Below are positions 18,656-27,006 of a DNA stretch of 29,764 bases, one piece after another. This DNA comes from Deinococcaceae bacterium (GTDB taxonomy: Bacteria > Deinococcota > Deinococci > Deinococcales > Trueperaceae): NCBI GenBank assembly GCA_040256005.1, contig JBDZWC010000025.1, positions 1-29,764 on the forward strand, read 5' to 3'. Each line of letters begins with the position of its first letter. Within the stretch, counting starts at the first letter, position 1. The notes under the pieces were generated by a model. That model was not told the origin of the DNA and did not search any database. It saw only the letters and a list, made by a program, of their open reading frames with translations. Made by a program: the position numbers and the translations under genes.

Positions 18656-20664
18656 ATGTCCGAAGAAGGGCGTCGCTCCGCCGGACGGGGCTCGTGGCCC
18701 GCCAGGCGGGCGCCGCAGATGCCGGGCCGCCGGCCGCACGGGACACCGGAGGCGGACCCTGGCGCGGGCCGCGGCCCGGACGGAGGAGGCGGACCGCCTA
18801 CCAGCCCACTGGGCTTGCCGCCCGGCTGCTCATGGTGGCTGTTGCCGCTGGCGCTGCTGCTCCTCAACTACCTCGTCGTGTCGCTCTTCTTCCCCGCTGC
18901 CGGCGCTCCCACCGAGATCCCCTACACGCTCTTCAGGGAGCAGGTCGCCGCGGGCAACGTGCGGAGCGTCTCCACGCGGGCCGACGTGATCCAGGGCGAG
19001 CTGTCCGAGCCCGTCACCATCTCGAGACCGGTCGACGGCCTCTTCGGCCCTCCGGAAGAACAGGAGGTGGAGGTATCCCGCTTCTCGACCACGCTACCCA
19101 CCTTCGCGGGCCCGGGCCTCGAGGACCTGCTGTTGGATGCCGGGGTGGAGATCAACGCCGAGACGATCGAGGGCCCGCGGAACCCGCTGCTTACCCTGCT
19201 CATCTCCTTCGGGCCGGCCCTGCTGATGATCGGGCTCTTCGTATGGCTCATGCGTCGCATGGCCACGGGCGCCGGCTCCGGCCTGGGCGGGGCGCTGAGC
19301 ATGGGTCGCAGCCGGGCGCGACGCGTGGAGCCCGGGCAGGTGGACGTCACGTTCGACGACGTGGCGGGCATCGACGAAGCCGAGAACGAGCTCGTCGAGA
19401 TCGTCGACTTCCTCAAGAACCCGGCCAAGTACACACGCCTGGGTGGCACCGCGCCCAAAGGCGTGCTGTTGGTCGGGCTGCCTGGGACGGGCAAGACGCT
19501 ACTGGCCAAGGCCGTGGCGGGTGAGGCCGGCGTGCCGTTCTTCTCCATGAACGCCTCGGAGTTCGTCGAGATGATCGTGGGCGTGGGGGCGAGCCGGGTG
19601 CGCGACCTGTTCAAGCAGGCCCGCGAGGCTGCGCCCGCCATCGTCTTCATCGACGAGCTCGACGCCATCGGACGGCGGCGCGGCCAGGCGGTCTTCTCCG
19701 GGGGCAACAGCGAGCAGGAGCAGACGCTCAACCAGATACTCACCGAGATGGACGGCATGAGCACCCAAGAGGGCGTGATCGTGCTCGCGGCGACGAACAT
19801 GCCGGAGGTGCTCGACCCGGCCCTGTTGCGCGCGGGGCGCTTCGACCGCCGGGTCACCGTCCAGCCGCCGAACCGGCGCCCGCCATGACGCCCGGCCTGG
19901 TGGGCGCCGACCTGCGCAACCTGGTGAACGAGGCGGCGCTGCTGGCGGCGCGCAGGGAGCGGGACAGGGTCGCGCAGGAAGACTTCGCCGACTCGCTCGA
20001 GAAGATCATCCTGGGGCCCGAGCGCAAGCTGCTGCTGAAGAGGGAGGACCGCGAGCGCGTCGCTTATCACGAGGCCGGCCATGCCATCCTCGGCCTCGTC
20101 GTGCCCGGCGCGGACCCGGTCACGCGCGTGACCATCACTCCTCGCGGACAGTCGCTGGGCGTGACCTACCAGCGCCCGGAGGACGACCGCTACAACTACT
20201 CGGAGAGCTACCTGAGGGGGCGCATCGTGGGCGCCCTTGGCGGGCGAGCCGCCGAGGAGCTGGTCTACGGCGACCGCACCACCGGCGCTCACAACGACCT
20301 GCAGCAGGTGACGCGCATGGCCTACGACATGGTCACGAAGTGGGGCATGAGCGACGCCATCGGCCCCGTCGCGCTGGCGCCCGAGGGGGGTCAGTTCCTT
20401 GGCGGCGATGGCGGCCTGCCACGGAGCAAGCCGTACAGCGAGGCGACCGCCGAGGCCATCGACGCGGCGGCGCGTCGGATCATCGAGGAGTGCTACCAGG
20501 AGGCACTCTCACTGCTGACGGAGCACCGCGAGCGGCTCGATAGGCTGGCGGCCGCCCTCATCGAGCGGGAGTCGCTCGACGAGAAGGAGGTGCTCGCGGT
20601 CACGGGCATCGAGCGCCAGGTCGAGCACAAGGACGTGCGCGAACTGCCGCCCGAAGGTGTGTAA
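18656..20664 (+). pseudogene. ftsH: ATP-dependent zinc metalloprotease FtsH paralog, split by an internal frameshifting deletion (18656-19888 and 19885-20664)
   Basis: First part: two TMs, [39 protein letters not shown]. Second part: [23 protein letters not shown]. About 25 codons expected between them are absent and the frame changes near 19880. Confidence 0.85.
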
Positions 20665-20739
20665 CGAGGGCTGCGCCGGGACAGCGCACTACGTTCCTGC
20701 CGGTCACGCATGTCGCGCGGCCGGTATTACGATCGCCCC

Positions 20740-21000
20740 ATGGCAGACGCTCCTTCTTCCAGCAGACCCACCGTCCAGATCGAGTACTGCGTGCCCTGCG
20801 GTCATCTTCCCCGTGCCATGGACGTTCAGAAGAGCATCCTCGAGCGCTTCGGGCAGCGCATCGAGGGCGTGAAGCTCAAGACGGGCGCGGGCGGCGTGTT
20901 CGTCGTCAGTGTCGGCGACGAGGTCATCTACCAGAAGCCCGCCCAGTTCGAGCTGAACGACGTGCTCACCGAGATCGAGAAGAGGGCCGCAGCGTCCTAG
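20740..21000 (+). CDS. Rdx (SelW/SelT/SelH) family protein, Cys form
   Basis: VQIEYCVPCG (CxxC), LKTGAGGVFVVSVGDEVIYQK. TACGAT 6 nt before ATG 20740. Confidence 0.88.
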   Translation: MADAPSSSRPTVQIEYCVPCGHLPRAMDVQKSILERFGQRIEGVKLKTGAGGVFVVSVGDEVIYQKPAQFELNDVLTEIEKRAAAS

Positions 21001-21049
21001 CCCCTCGCGTCATGTAGCGCCGGCTCGGTCCCAGGTCTAGACTCCGGCC

Positions 21050-22012
21050 GTGAGTGTCAGGCTGAACGTCGGCACCTCCGACGAAGCGGCCGTCACGGCT
21101 CCTCGGCGACTGGACCCGGTGACGGTACTGCTCTTCGCCGGCTGCGTTCTGCTGGCGGCCGGCAACTTCGTAGCGGTGCGGTACAGCAACCTCGACCTGC
21201 CGCCACTGTGGGGAGCGGGTCTGAGGTTCGGTCTGGCGGGCGCGATGTACGCCGCGCTGATACCGGTACTCGGTTTGCCGTGGGCGCGACGCGAGGACAC
21301 GCGCGAGCTCGTCGTCTACGGCATCCTGAACTTCGGCGCTTTCTACGCCTTGACGTACTGGTCGCTTCTGCACGTGTCGGCCGGCACGGCGTCGGTCGTC
21401 ATCGGCGCGGTGCCTCTCATCACACTGCTCCTGGCCGTGGCTCAAAGGCTCGAGCGGCTCTCGGCTCGGACCCTCGTGGGCGGCTCGTTGGCTCTGGTGG
21501 GCGTGGCCTGGCTATCGGCGACATCGTCTGAGGTCGCAGCCACCCCGTTAGCCCTGCTGGCCCTGTTGTTGGCCGCCGCCTGCCTGGCTCAGAGCATCGT
21601 GGTCGGCAAGAAGGTCTCCCGCAATCACCCCGCCTCCGTGAACGCGGTGGGCATGGCAGTAGGCGCGGGCCTACTGTTGAGCCTCTCCCTCGTCACCGGA
21701 GAGAAGTGGACATTCCCGACTTCGACCCCGAGCCTGCTGGCGGTGGCCTATCTCATTACCTTCGGGTCCATGGGGCTGTTCGGCCTGACGATCCTGTTGC
21801 TCAGGCGCTGGTCACCCTCGGCCTCCGCTTACGTTCTGGTCATCGTGCCCCTCGTCACGCTGATGCTCGAAGGACTGATCGCCGGAGTGCCCCTCGTGCC
21901 CGGTGCCATGGCTGGGGCCGTGCTGGTCTTGGTAGGAACCTGGACCGGAGCGTTGAGCTCCGGACGTAGCGCCCGGCCGGCGGCGTCTCGAGACCCGAGC
22001 GCGCGCGACTAG
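21050..22012 (+). CDS. EamA/DMT family transporter
   Basis: About 10 TM helices in two repeats; PPLWGAGLRFGLAG, VSAGTASVVIGAVPL, ERLSARTLVG, SPSASAY. TAGACT 6 nt before the GTG. Confidence 0.88.
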   Translation: MSVRLNVGTSDEAAVTAPRRLDPVTVLLFAGCVLLAAGNFVAVRYSNLDLPPLWGAGLRFGLAGAMYAALIPVLGLPWARREDTRELVVYGILNFGAFYALTYWSLLHVSAGTASVVIGAVPLITLLLAVAQRLERLSARTLVGGSLALVGVAWLSATSSEVAATPLALLALLLAAACLAQSIVVGKKVSRNHPASVNAVGMAVGAGLLLSLSLVTGEKWTFPTSTPSLLAVAYLITFGSMGLFGLTILLLRRWSPSASAYVLVIVPLVTLMLEGLIAGVPLVPGAMAGAVLVLVGTWTGALSSGRSARPAASRDPSARD

Positions 22013-22440
22013 AGACCGCTGGAGCGTTCGATCTCCTCGGCGGCTAGCTGCACGATCCGCTTCTCGTTGGAGAAGTTGAGCATGTCAACAGCCTCATCGA
22101 GGCCGACCCATCTAGCCTCGACGACCTCGTCGTCGTGATCGGATACGTCACCGGCCAAGTAGCGGAACAGGTAGAAGTGGACGCGTTTGTGGTAGCGCAC
22201 GCCCTCGCGCTTCGACACGTACCAGTACTCGATCGTGTCGAGTGGCGAGAGGAGCTCGGCCTCCAGACCGGTCTCCTCTCGTACCTCTCGACTGGCCGTG
22301 GCGGCGGGGTCCTCGCCGTCTTCGACCAGACCCTTCGGCAGCTGCCAGCGGCCACCCTCGACGCCGATGATGGCGACCTCGCGGCCACGGAAGACCACGC
22401 CACCGGCCGAGACCTGGTGCTCGGTCCTCAGGCGGGCCAT
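22009..22440 (-). CDS. Nudix hydrolase (Ap4A/Ap6A hydrolase-like)
   Basis: SAGGVVF, WQLPKGLVEDGEDPAATASREVREETGL (Nudix box), HKRVHFYL. Confidence 0.93.
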   Translation of the reverse strand: MARLRTEHQVSAGGVVFRGREVAIIGVEGGRWQLPKGLVEDGEDPAATASREVREETGLEAELLSPLDTIEYWYVSKREGVRYHKRVHFYLFRYLAGDVSDHDDEVVEARWVGLDEAVDMLNFSNEKRIVQLAAEEIERSSGL

Positions 22441-22498
22441 CGCGGACGAGCGCCTTCGGTGTCAGGGACCATGACCACAGGCTAATCCTGGCCGATCG

Positions 22499-24472
22499 TC
22501 AGTTGGGCAGCGACGCTCCGGCCTCCGGGCCCTCCGCGAGAGCGCGGGCGAACGCCCCGGCCACGTCCGCGTCGAGGATCACGAAGCGGACCTGCGCGAA
22601 GGGAGTTCCCCGCTCCAACGCCTCACCCAGCGCGTTCATGGCAACCCTAGACGCCGCTTCGGCCGGCACCCGGTAGGTGCCGGTACCAAGAGCGGGCACT
22701 GCGAGGGTGCGGGCGCCGAGTCGAGTCGCCAGGGCGTACGCCGACCGGTAGGCCTCGTGCAGCACGACCAGCTCACCGTCGGCCCCGCCCCGCCACGGCG
22801 CCGCGGCCGTGTGCACTACCCAGCGTGCCGGCAGATCGAAACCCGGCGTGAACGCTGCCCTGCCCTCCTCGAGGCTGCCGATGGCCCTGGCAGCCTGAGT
22901 CAGCCGGGGCCCGCCGCGGCGATGGACGGCCCCGTCCACGCCAGCGTTGCCGAACAGTTGACGGTTCGTGGAGTTGACCAGGACGTCGACCGCCTGATCG
23001 GTGATGTCGCCCCGCCACACCTGGACGACCACCGACCCCGACGCTCCTTGAAAGGTTCGCTCGCCCACTGGAGCGGACCGCGCGGGCTGACCATGCCCAG
23101 CGATCGACGCGGCGCCCACCCCATGTGCGCCCGTGACCGTCTGGTGGCTCGGCTCAACGGTCTCTCCGGCCAGCGCCATCTTCTTCGCGAAGAGCTCTCG
23201 CTCCATGCGGAACTGCGCCAGGCGCTTCTCGTCTGACGCCCCTCGCAGTGTGTCCCTGGCGTACTTCTCCGAGTAGCGAGCCGCGAAGGCGGGTTGGTTG
23301 CGCTGGGCGAGGTCGGCCAGGCGGTCTAGTTCCCGGGTCTCCGCGGACCGGAGCTCCCCAGCCGGAAGCGCTGACACGTTGGCGCGGATCTCGTTCAGGA
23401 GCACGGTCGCTGCCTGGGTACGGCCGGACCGGAAAGCCTCGGCGACCCTCAGCTTCGACTCGGCGATGCTCGCGAGCGCCAAGTGCACGACGACCTCCTG
23501 GTTCGTGGGGAGGCGGTCGAAGTCGCTGCGGCTCAGCGGCTCGATCGCGAGCGGAACCTCGAGGCGCTCGACCCTGCCGGTGAGCACGTCGTCCCAGACG
23601 AGCGCGACAACGGGGTCCTTCGCCCCGGCATCGAACCTCGCCTTGATGACGAGCTCGCGCTCCAGCCCACCGACCAGGTCCGGAAGGCGCACGCCGGCAC
23701 CGCAGGGCGCCAGGTGGCCGGCGGTGCCCTCGAGGCTCAGGCGCGCGGACGGCTCGAGCCTCACGTTGCGACCGCGCAGCGCACTGAGACCCGAGAGCTC
23801 GTGGTGGAACGCCTCCACCACCTGGGACTCACCCTCTATGAAGACGTAGTTGCCTTGACCCGCGTCGCCCATCGCTCGCAACAGCGCCTCGTCGTACGAC
23901 CGGCCGAAGCCCATGGCGGTGCTGGTGACACCGTGGCTGGCCGCCTGCGCCACGTCCGCCGCGATGGTGGCCGGGTCGCTGATGCCGACGTTCGCCATGC
24001 CGTCGCTGAGCAGCACGACACGTGCGGCAGCCTGGTCGTCGGGGCAGGACATCACCTGGCTGAGGCCCTCGGCCCAGCCGGCGAAGAGTGCGGTGCTGCC
24101 GCCCGGTGTGAGGGACGCGACCGCCCCCAGGAGGGCGTGGCGGTCAGCGCCCGCCTGGACCAGCCCGGCGACGACGGTGACGTGCTCGTCGTAGGCGATG
24201 ACCGAGACCCAATCGGTGGGGAGGAGCATCTCGATCGCGGACCGAGCGGCGGCCTTGGCGGCCTCCAGCGGTTCTCCGCTCATCGACCCTGAGCGGTCGA
24301 TGACGAGCGCCAGAGCGATGGGCTTGCGGTCCACCTGTTCCGTTGGCAGGTCGACACCCGTGGCTACGAGGAGATCGAGTTCGCCGCCGTCGGCCGGATA
24401 GCCGGCCTTGGCAGGCGTGATCGTGAGGCGCGGAGTGGGAAGGTCGGTACGGTTGACGTCGGATCTTGGCAT
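22499..24472 (-). CDS. vWA domain - macrodomain fusion protein
   Basis: vWA with intact MIDAS (DRSGS about 24284-24298, GGSTAL, LLSDG). C-terminal MacroD-type macrodomain (about 22540-23030): GDITDQAVDVLVNSTN...GNAGVDGAVHRRGG...TPGFDLPARWVVHT...AVPALGTGTY. Confidence 0.9.
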   Translation of the reverse strand: MPRSDVNRTDLPTPRLTITPAKAGYPADGGELDLLVATGVDLPTEQVDRKPIALALVIDRSGSMSGEPLEAAKAAARSAIEMLLPTDWVSVIAYDEHVTVVAGLVQAGADRHALLGAVASLTPGGSTALFAGWAEGLSQVMSCPDDQAAARVVLLSDGMANVGISDPATIAADVAQAASHGVTSTAMGFGRSYDEALLRAMGDAGQGNYVFIEGESQVVEAFHHELSGLSALRGRNVRLEPSARLSLEGTAGHLAPCGAGVRLPDLVGGLERELVIKARFDAGAKDPVVALVWDDVLTGRVERLEVPLAIEPLSRSDFDRLPTNQEVVVHLALASIAESKLRVAEAFRSGRTQAATVLLNEIRANVSALPAGELRSAETRELDRLADLAQRNQPAFAARYSEKYARDTLRGASDEKRLAQFRMERELFAKKMALAGETVEPSHQTVTGAHGVGAASIAGHGQPARSAPVGERTFQGASGSVVVQVWRGDITDQAVDVLVNSTNRQLFGNAGVDGAVHRRGGPRLTQAARAIGSLEEGRAAFTPGFDLPARWVVHTAAAPWRGGADGELVVLHEAYRSAYALATRLGARTLAVPALGTGTYRVPAEAASRVAMNALGEALERGTPFAQVRFVILDADVAGAFARALAEGPEAGASLPN

Positions 24473-24602
24473 AGGACTCCCTGTGGCGCGCGGGTACCGC
24501 GTGCCTGGTCTGGTGCTTGGCGAATGGCTGGCGCCTTCCGCGAGTCGACGGTCGGGGCGATCGCGCGGCCCTGCCCGGCCGCCTACGGACCCTAGGTAGC
24601 GG

Positions 24603-25352
24603 TCATGGCTTCCCCCGCTGCTTCTGCTCCAGGTAGAGGAGCGTCACTTTCAGCAGCTGCAAGAGCTGCTCGTCGCCGAGCCTGGTGGTGGGAAGCCGGA
24701 AGTCGTCCCGCACCATGAGGTCCAGCCCCGGGGAGATCTCGACCCGCGTCCAGACGCTCTCGCGGAACGGGCCGCTGTCCGTTGGCGCCACCCGCTGCGA
24801 AGCTGCCGGCGCACCGGTGGTCGGCGTTCGTGGCGGGGTGCTCGCGATCGGCGCTCCGCGTGGGGTACTCGCGATCGGCGGCCGTGGAGGGATGCTCGCG
24901 GCGGGCGCGGGCGCTGGCATCGACCCCTGAGCGTCGAGTCCGGCGCGCTGGCGGACCCGCTTGAGGAACTCGGCCCTGTCATCCTGCGAACCCTGGGCCG
25001 GCACCAGGTCGATGTTCAGGTTCCCCGTCAACAGGCCTTCTAGCTCAGCGTCACTGCGGCCGGCCAACACCCGCCCGACCACGGCGGCCGAGAAGCCTTC
25101 CGCCAGCAGGCGCCGCACCACCAACAGCTGGAGAAGGTGCCGGTAGAGGTAGCGGGCCTCGCGTCCTTCCTTGAGGGGTTCGTCCACCAGGCCTTGCGTC
25201 GCGTAGTGCCGCACGAGGCGCTGGTTCACCGCCTCCGTGGCGCGACCGGACGCATCTTTGGGCAGTACCTCCGGCAGCAGCCTGTTCACTTGCTCGACCA
25301 CTTGGTCGAGTGACCAGGCGCCCTCGCGCAGCCCTGCCAGATCCAAGCTCAT
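24603..25352 (-). CDS. MerR-like HTH transcriptional regulator
   Basis: N-terminal winged HTH (VNQRLVRHYATQGLVDEPLKEGREARYLYRHLLQLLVVRRLLAEGFS), Pro/Ala-rich linker, short C-terminal beta domain (WTRVEISPGLDLMVR). Confidence 0.85.
   Translation of the reverse strand: MSLDLAGLREGAWSLDQVVEQVNRLLPEVLPKDASGRATEAVNQRLVRHYATQGLVDEPLKEGREARYLYRHLLQLLVVRRLLAEGFSAAVVGRVLAGRSDAELEGLLTGNLNIDLVPAQGSQDDRAEFLKRVRQRAGLDAQGSMPAPAPAASIPPRPPIASTPRGAPIASTPPRTPTTGAPAASQRVAPTDSGPFRESVWTRVEISPGLDLMVRDDFRLPTTRLGDEQLLQLLKVTLLYLEQKQRGKP
24829..24909 (-). repeat. Three imperfect 27-nt tandem repeats (9 aa) in the regulator linker
   Basis: CTCGCG recurs at 24841, 24868 and 24895; encodes PAASIPPRP / PIASTPRGA / PIASTPPRT. 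Confidence 0.8.
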
Positions 25353-25358
25353 GCCTGG

Positions 25359-25405
25359 ATACTAGTGCTTACATGTTTGGTTGTCAATGACAACGATACT
25401 TGTCA
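25359..25405 (-). promoter_or_regulatory. Near-consensus promoter with overlapping operator dyad for the MerR/vWA-Macro unit
   Basis: - strand TTGACA (25382-25387), 17-nt spacer, TAGTAT (25359-25364), 6 nt, then ATG 25352. Perfect dyad GTTGTCA-A-TGACAAC at 25380-25394 and a third TTGTCA at 25400-25405. Confidence 0.75.
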
Positions 25406-25453
25406 GTTTCCCCGAGGCCTGCCAGGCTGGTACGGCATCCCGTGTTACCGCGC

Positions 25454-26770
25454 CTAGGCCACCGCCTCGCCATGCAACGCCAGGTCGAGACCCTTCTCTT
25501 CGTGCTCCTCCGGCACGCGGAGGCCGCCGGACACGCGGATCAGCAGCGTGAGCGCGCCGGTGGCGACGGCGGCGTAGGCGACGGTGACGAGAACCCCGTA
25601 GACCTGGGCGCCGATCCCGGCACCGTCCGCGGCAGGGTTGACCGTCGCGGTGGCCAGCGCCCCGGTCAGGACGGCGCCGACCACCCCCGCGACGCCGTGT
25701 ATGCCGAAGACGTCCAGCGAGTCGTCGTAGCCCAGCGCCTGCTTGAGCTTCACGGCGGCCAGGTAGGCACAGGCGGCGCCCGCGACGCCGATCACGAACG
25801 CTCCGGCGGGCGCGACGAACCCGGCAGCCGGAGTGATGGCCACTAGCCCGGCGACGGCGCCGGACGTGGTGCCGACGATCGTCGGCCGTCCGCGCAACGC
25901 CCACTCCACGAACATCCACGTCAGCGCCGCCGCCGCTGCGGCGACCTGCGTGTTGGCCATCGCGAACGCGGCCAGCGCGTTGGCGCCACCCGCGGAGCCC
26001 GCGTTGAACCCGAACCAGCCCACCCACAGTAGGGACGTTCCTGTCAGCGTCAGCACCAGGTTGTGCGGCTCGATCGCCGCCTTGCCGAAGTCCTTGCGCT
26101 TGCCGAGGACGAGGGCGGCTACCAGTGCCGACACGCCAGCGTTGATGTGGACGACGTTGCCACCGGCGAAGTCGAGCACGCCGGCATCGGCCAGGAAGCC
26201 TCCGCCCCACACCCAGTGCGCCACCGGGGAGTACACGGCGAGGGCCCACAGTCCGGTGAACCACAGCACCGCGGAGAACCGGATGCGCTCAACCAGTGAG
26301 CCGAGTATCAACGCCGGCGTGATGATGGCGAACGTCATCTGGAAGGTGGCGAACAGGAGCTCCGGCACCGTTCCGGCGAGGTCGTCGGGACGGATGCCGG
26401 CGAAGAACGCCTTGCTCAGCCCTCCCACGAAGGCGTTCATCCCGGCGTCGGGGTTGGGGCTGAACGCCAACGAGTAGCCGACCACGAACCACAGCACGCT
26501 CACCAGAGCGGTGACGGCGAACGTCTGTAGCAAGGTCGCCAGCACGTTCTTCTTGCGGACCAGCCCGCCGTAGAACAGCGCCAGGCCAGGGACTGTCATG
26601 AGCAGCACCAAGGCTGTGGAGGTGAGCGTCCACGCCGTGTCGCCCGTGTCCAGGCCGTTCGCTCCTTGCGCCATGGCGCTGCCGATGATCGCCAGAGTCG
26701 AGATCGCCAAGGCGTGCCTAGCGAACGGGATCCCACCGGTGTTGGACGGGCGTGGCGTGAATCGCTCCAT
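25454..26770 (-). CDS. amtB: Ammonium transporter (Amt family)
   Basis: DTGDTAW, PGLALFYGGLVRKKN, FQMTFAIITPAL, VAHWVWGGG, LDFAGGNVVH, WFGFNAGS, DDSLDVFGIHG, GLDLALHGE. GGAGG RBS before ATG 26770. Confidence 0.96.
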   Translation of the reverse strand: MERFTPRPSNTGGIPFARHALAISTLAIIGSAMAQGANGLDTGDTAWTLTSTALVLLMTVPGLALFYGGLVRKKNVLATLLQTFAVTALVSVLWFVVGYSLAFSPNPDAGMNAFVGGLSKAFFAGIRPDDLAGTVPELLFATFQMTFAIITPALILGSLVERIRFSAVLWFTGLWALAVYSPVAHWVWGGGFLADAGVLDFAGGNVVHINAGVSALVAALVLGKRKDFGKAAIEPHNLVLTLTGTSLLWVGWFGFNAGSAGGANALAAFAMANTQVAAAAAALTWMFVEWALRGRPTIVGTTSGAVAGLVAITPAAGFVAPAGAFVIGVAGAACAYLAAVKLKQALGYDDSLDVFGIHGVAGVVGAVLTGALATATVNPAADGAGIGAQVYGVLVTVAYAAVATGALTLLIRVSGGLRVPEEHEEKGLDLALHGEAVA

Positions 26771-26855
26771 CAGTTGCACCTCCGAAGCCCGGGACCTCCC
26801 CTTCCGCGGGCCTGCGCTCGGCGCGTCCGCGCACGGCCGCACCTCGAGATGCGAC

Positions 26856-26893
26856 AAGTTAGTGCCGGCGCATGCTCGTTGTCAACATCACAA
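26856..26893 (-). promoter_or_regulatory. Putative amtB promoter with imperfect dyad over -35
   Basis: - strand TTGACA (26880-26885), 18-nt spacer, TAACTT (26856-26861); dyad TTGTGA-TGT-TGACAA spanning 26879-26893. Confidence 0.55.
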
Positions 26894-27006
26894 GGGACGT
26901 CTTGGGACTTCTGGTGTGACGTCGTGCAGCATGTTCCGATTCTTGTGCAACCCGTACAGATGATTCTCGACATATGACCGCGCTTGGCGGTACATGGTGC
27001 CGGGCG

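Noticed and set aside
19870..19890. Programmed ribosomal frameshift in ftsH
   Set aside because: No slippery heptamer, and a frameshift alone would not restore the roughly 25 missing codons.
20740..21000. Possible selenoprotein (SelW-like)
   Set aside because: The motif is CVPC with TGC codons; there is no in-frame TGA.
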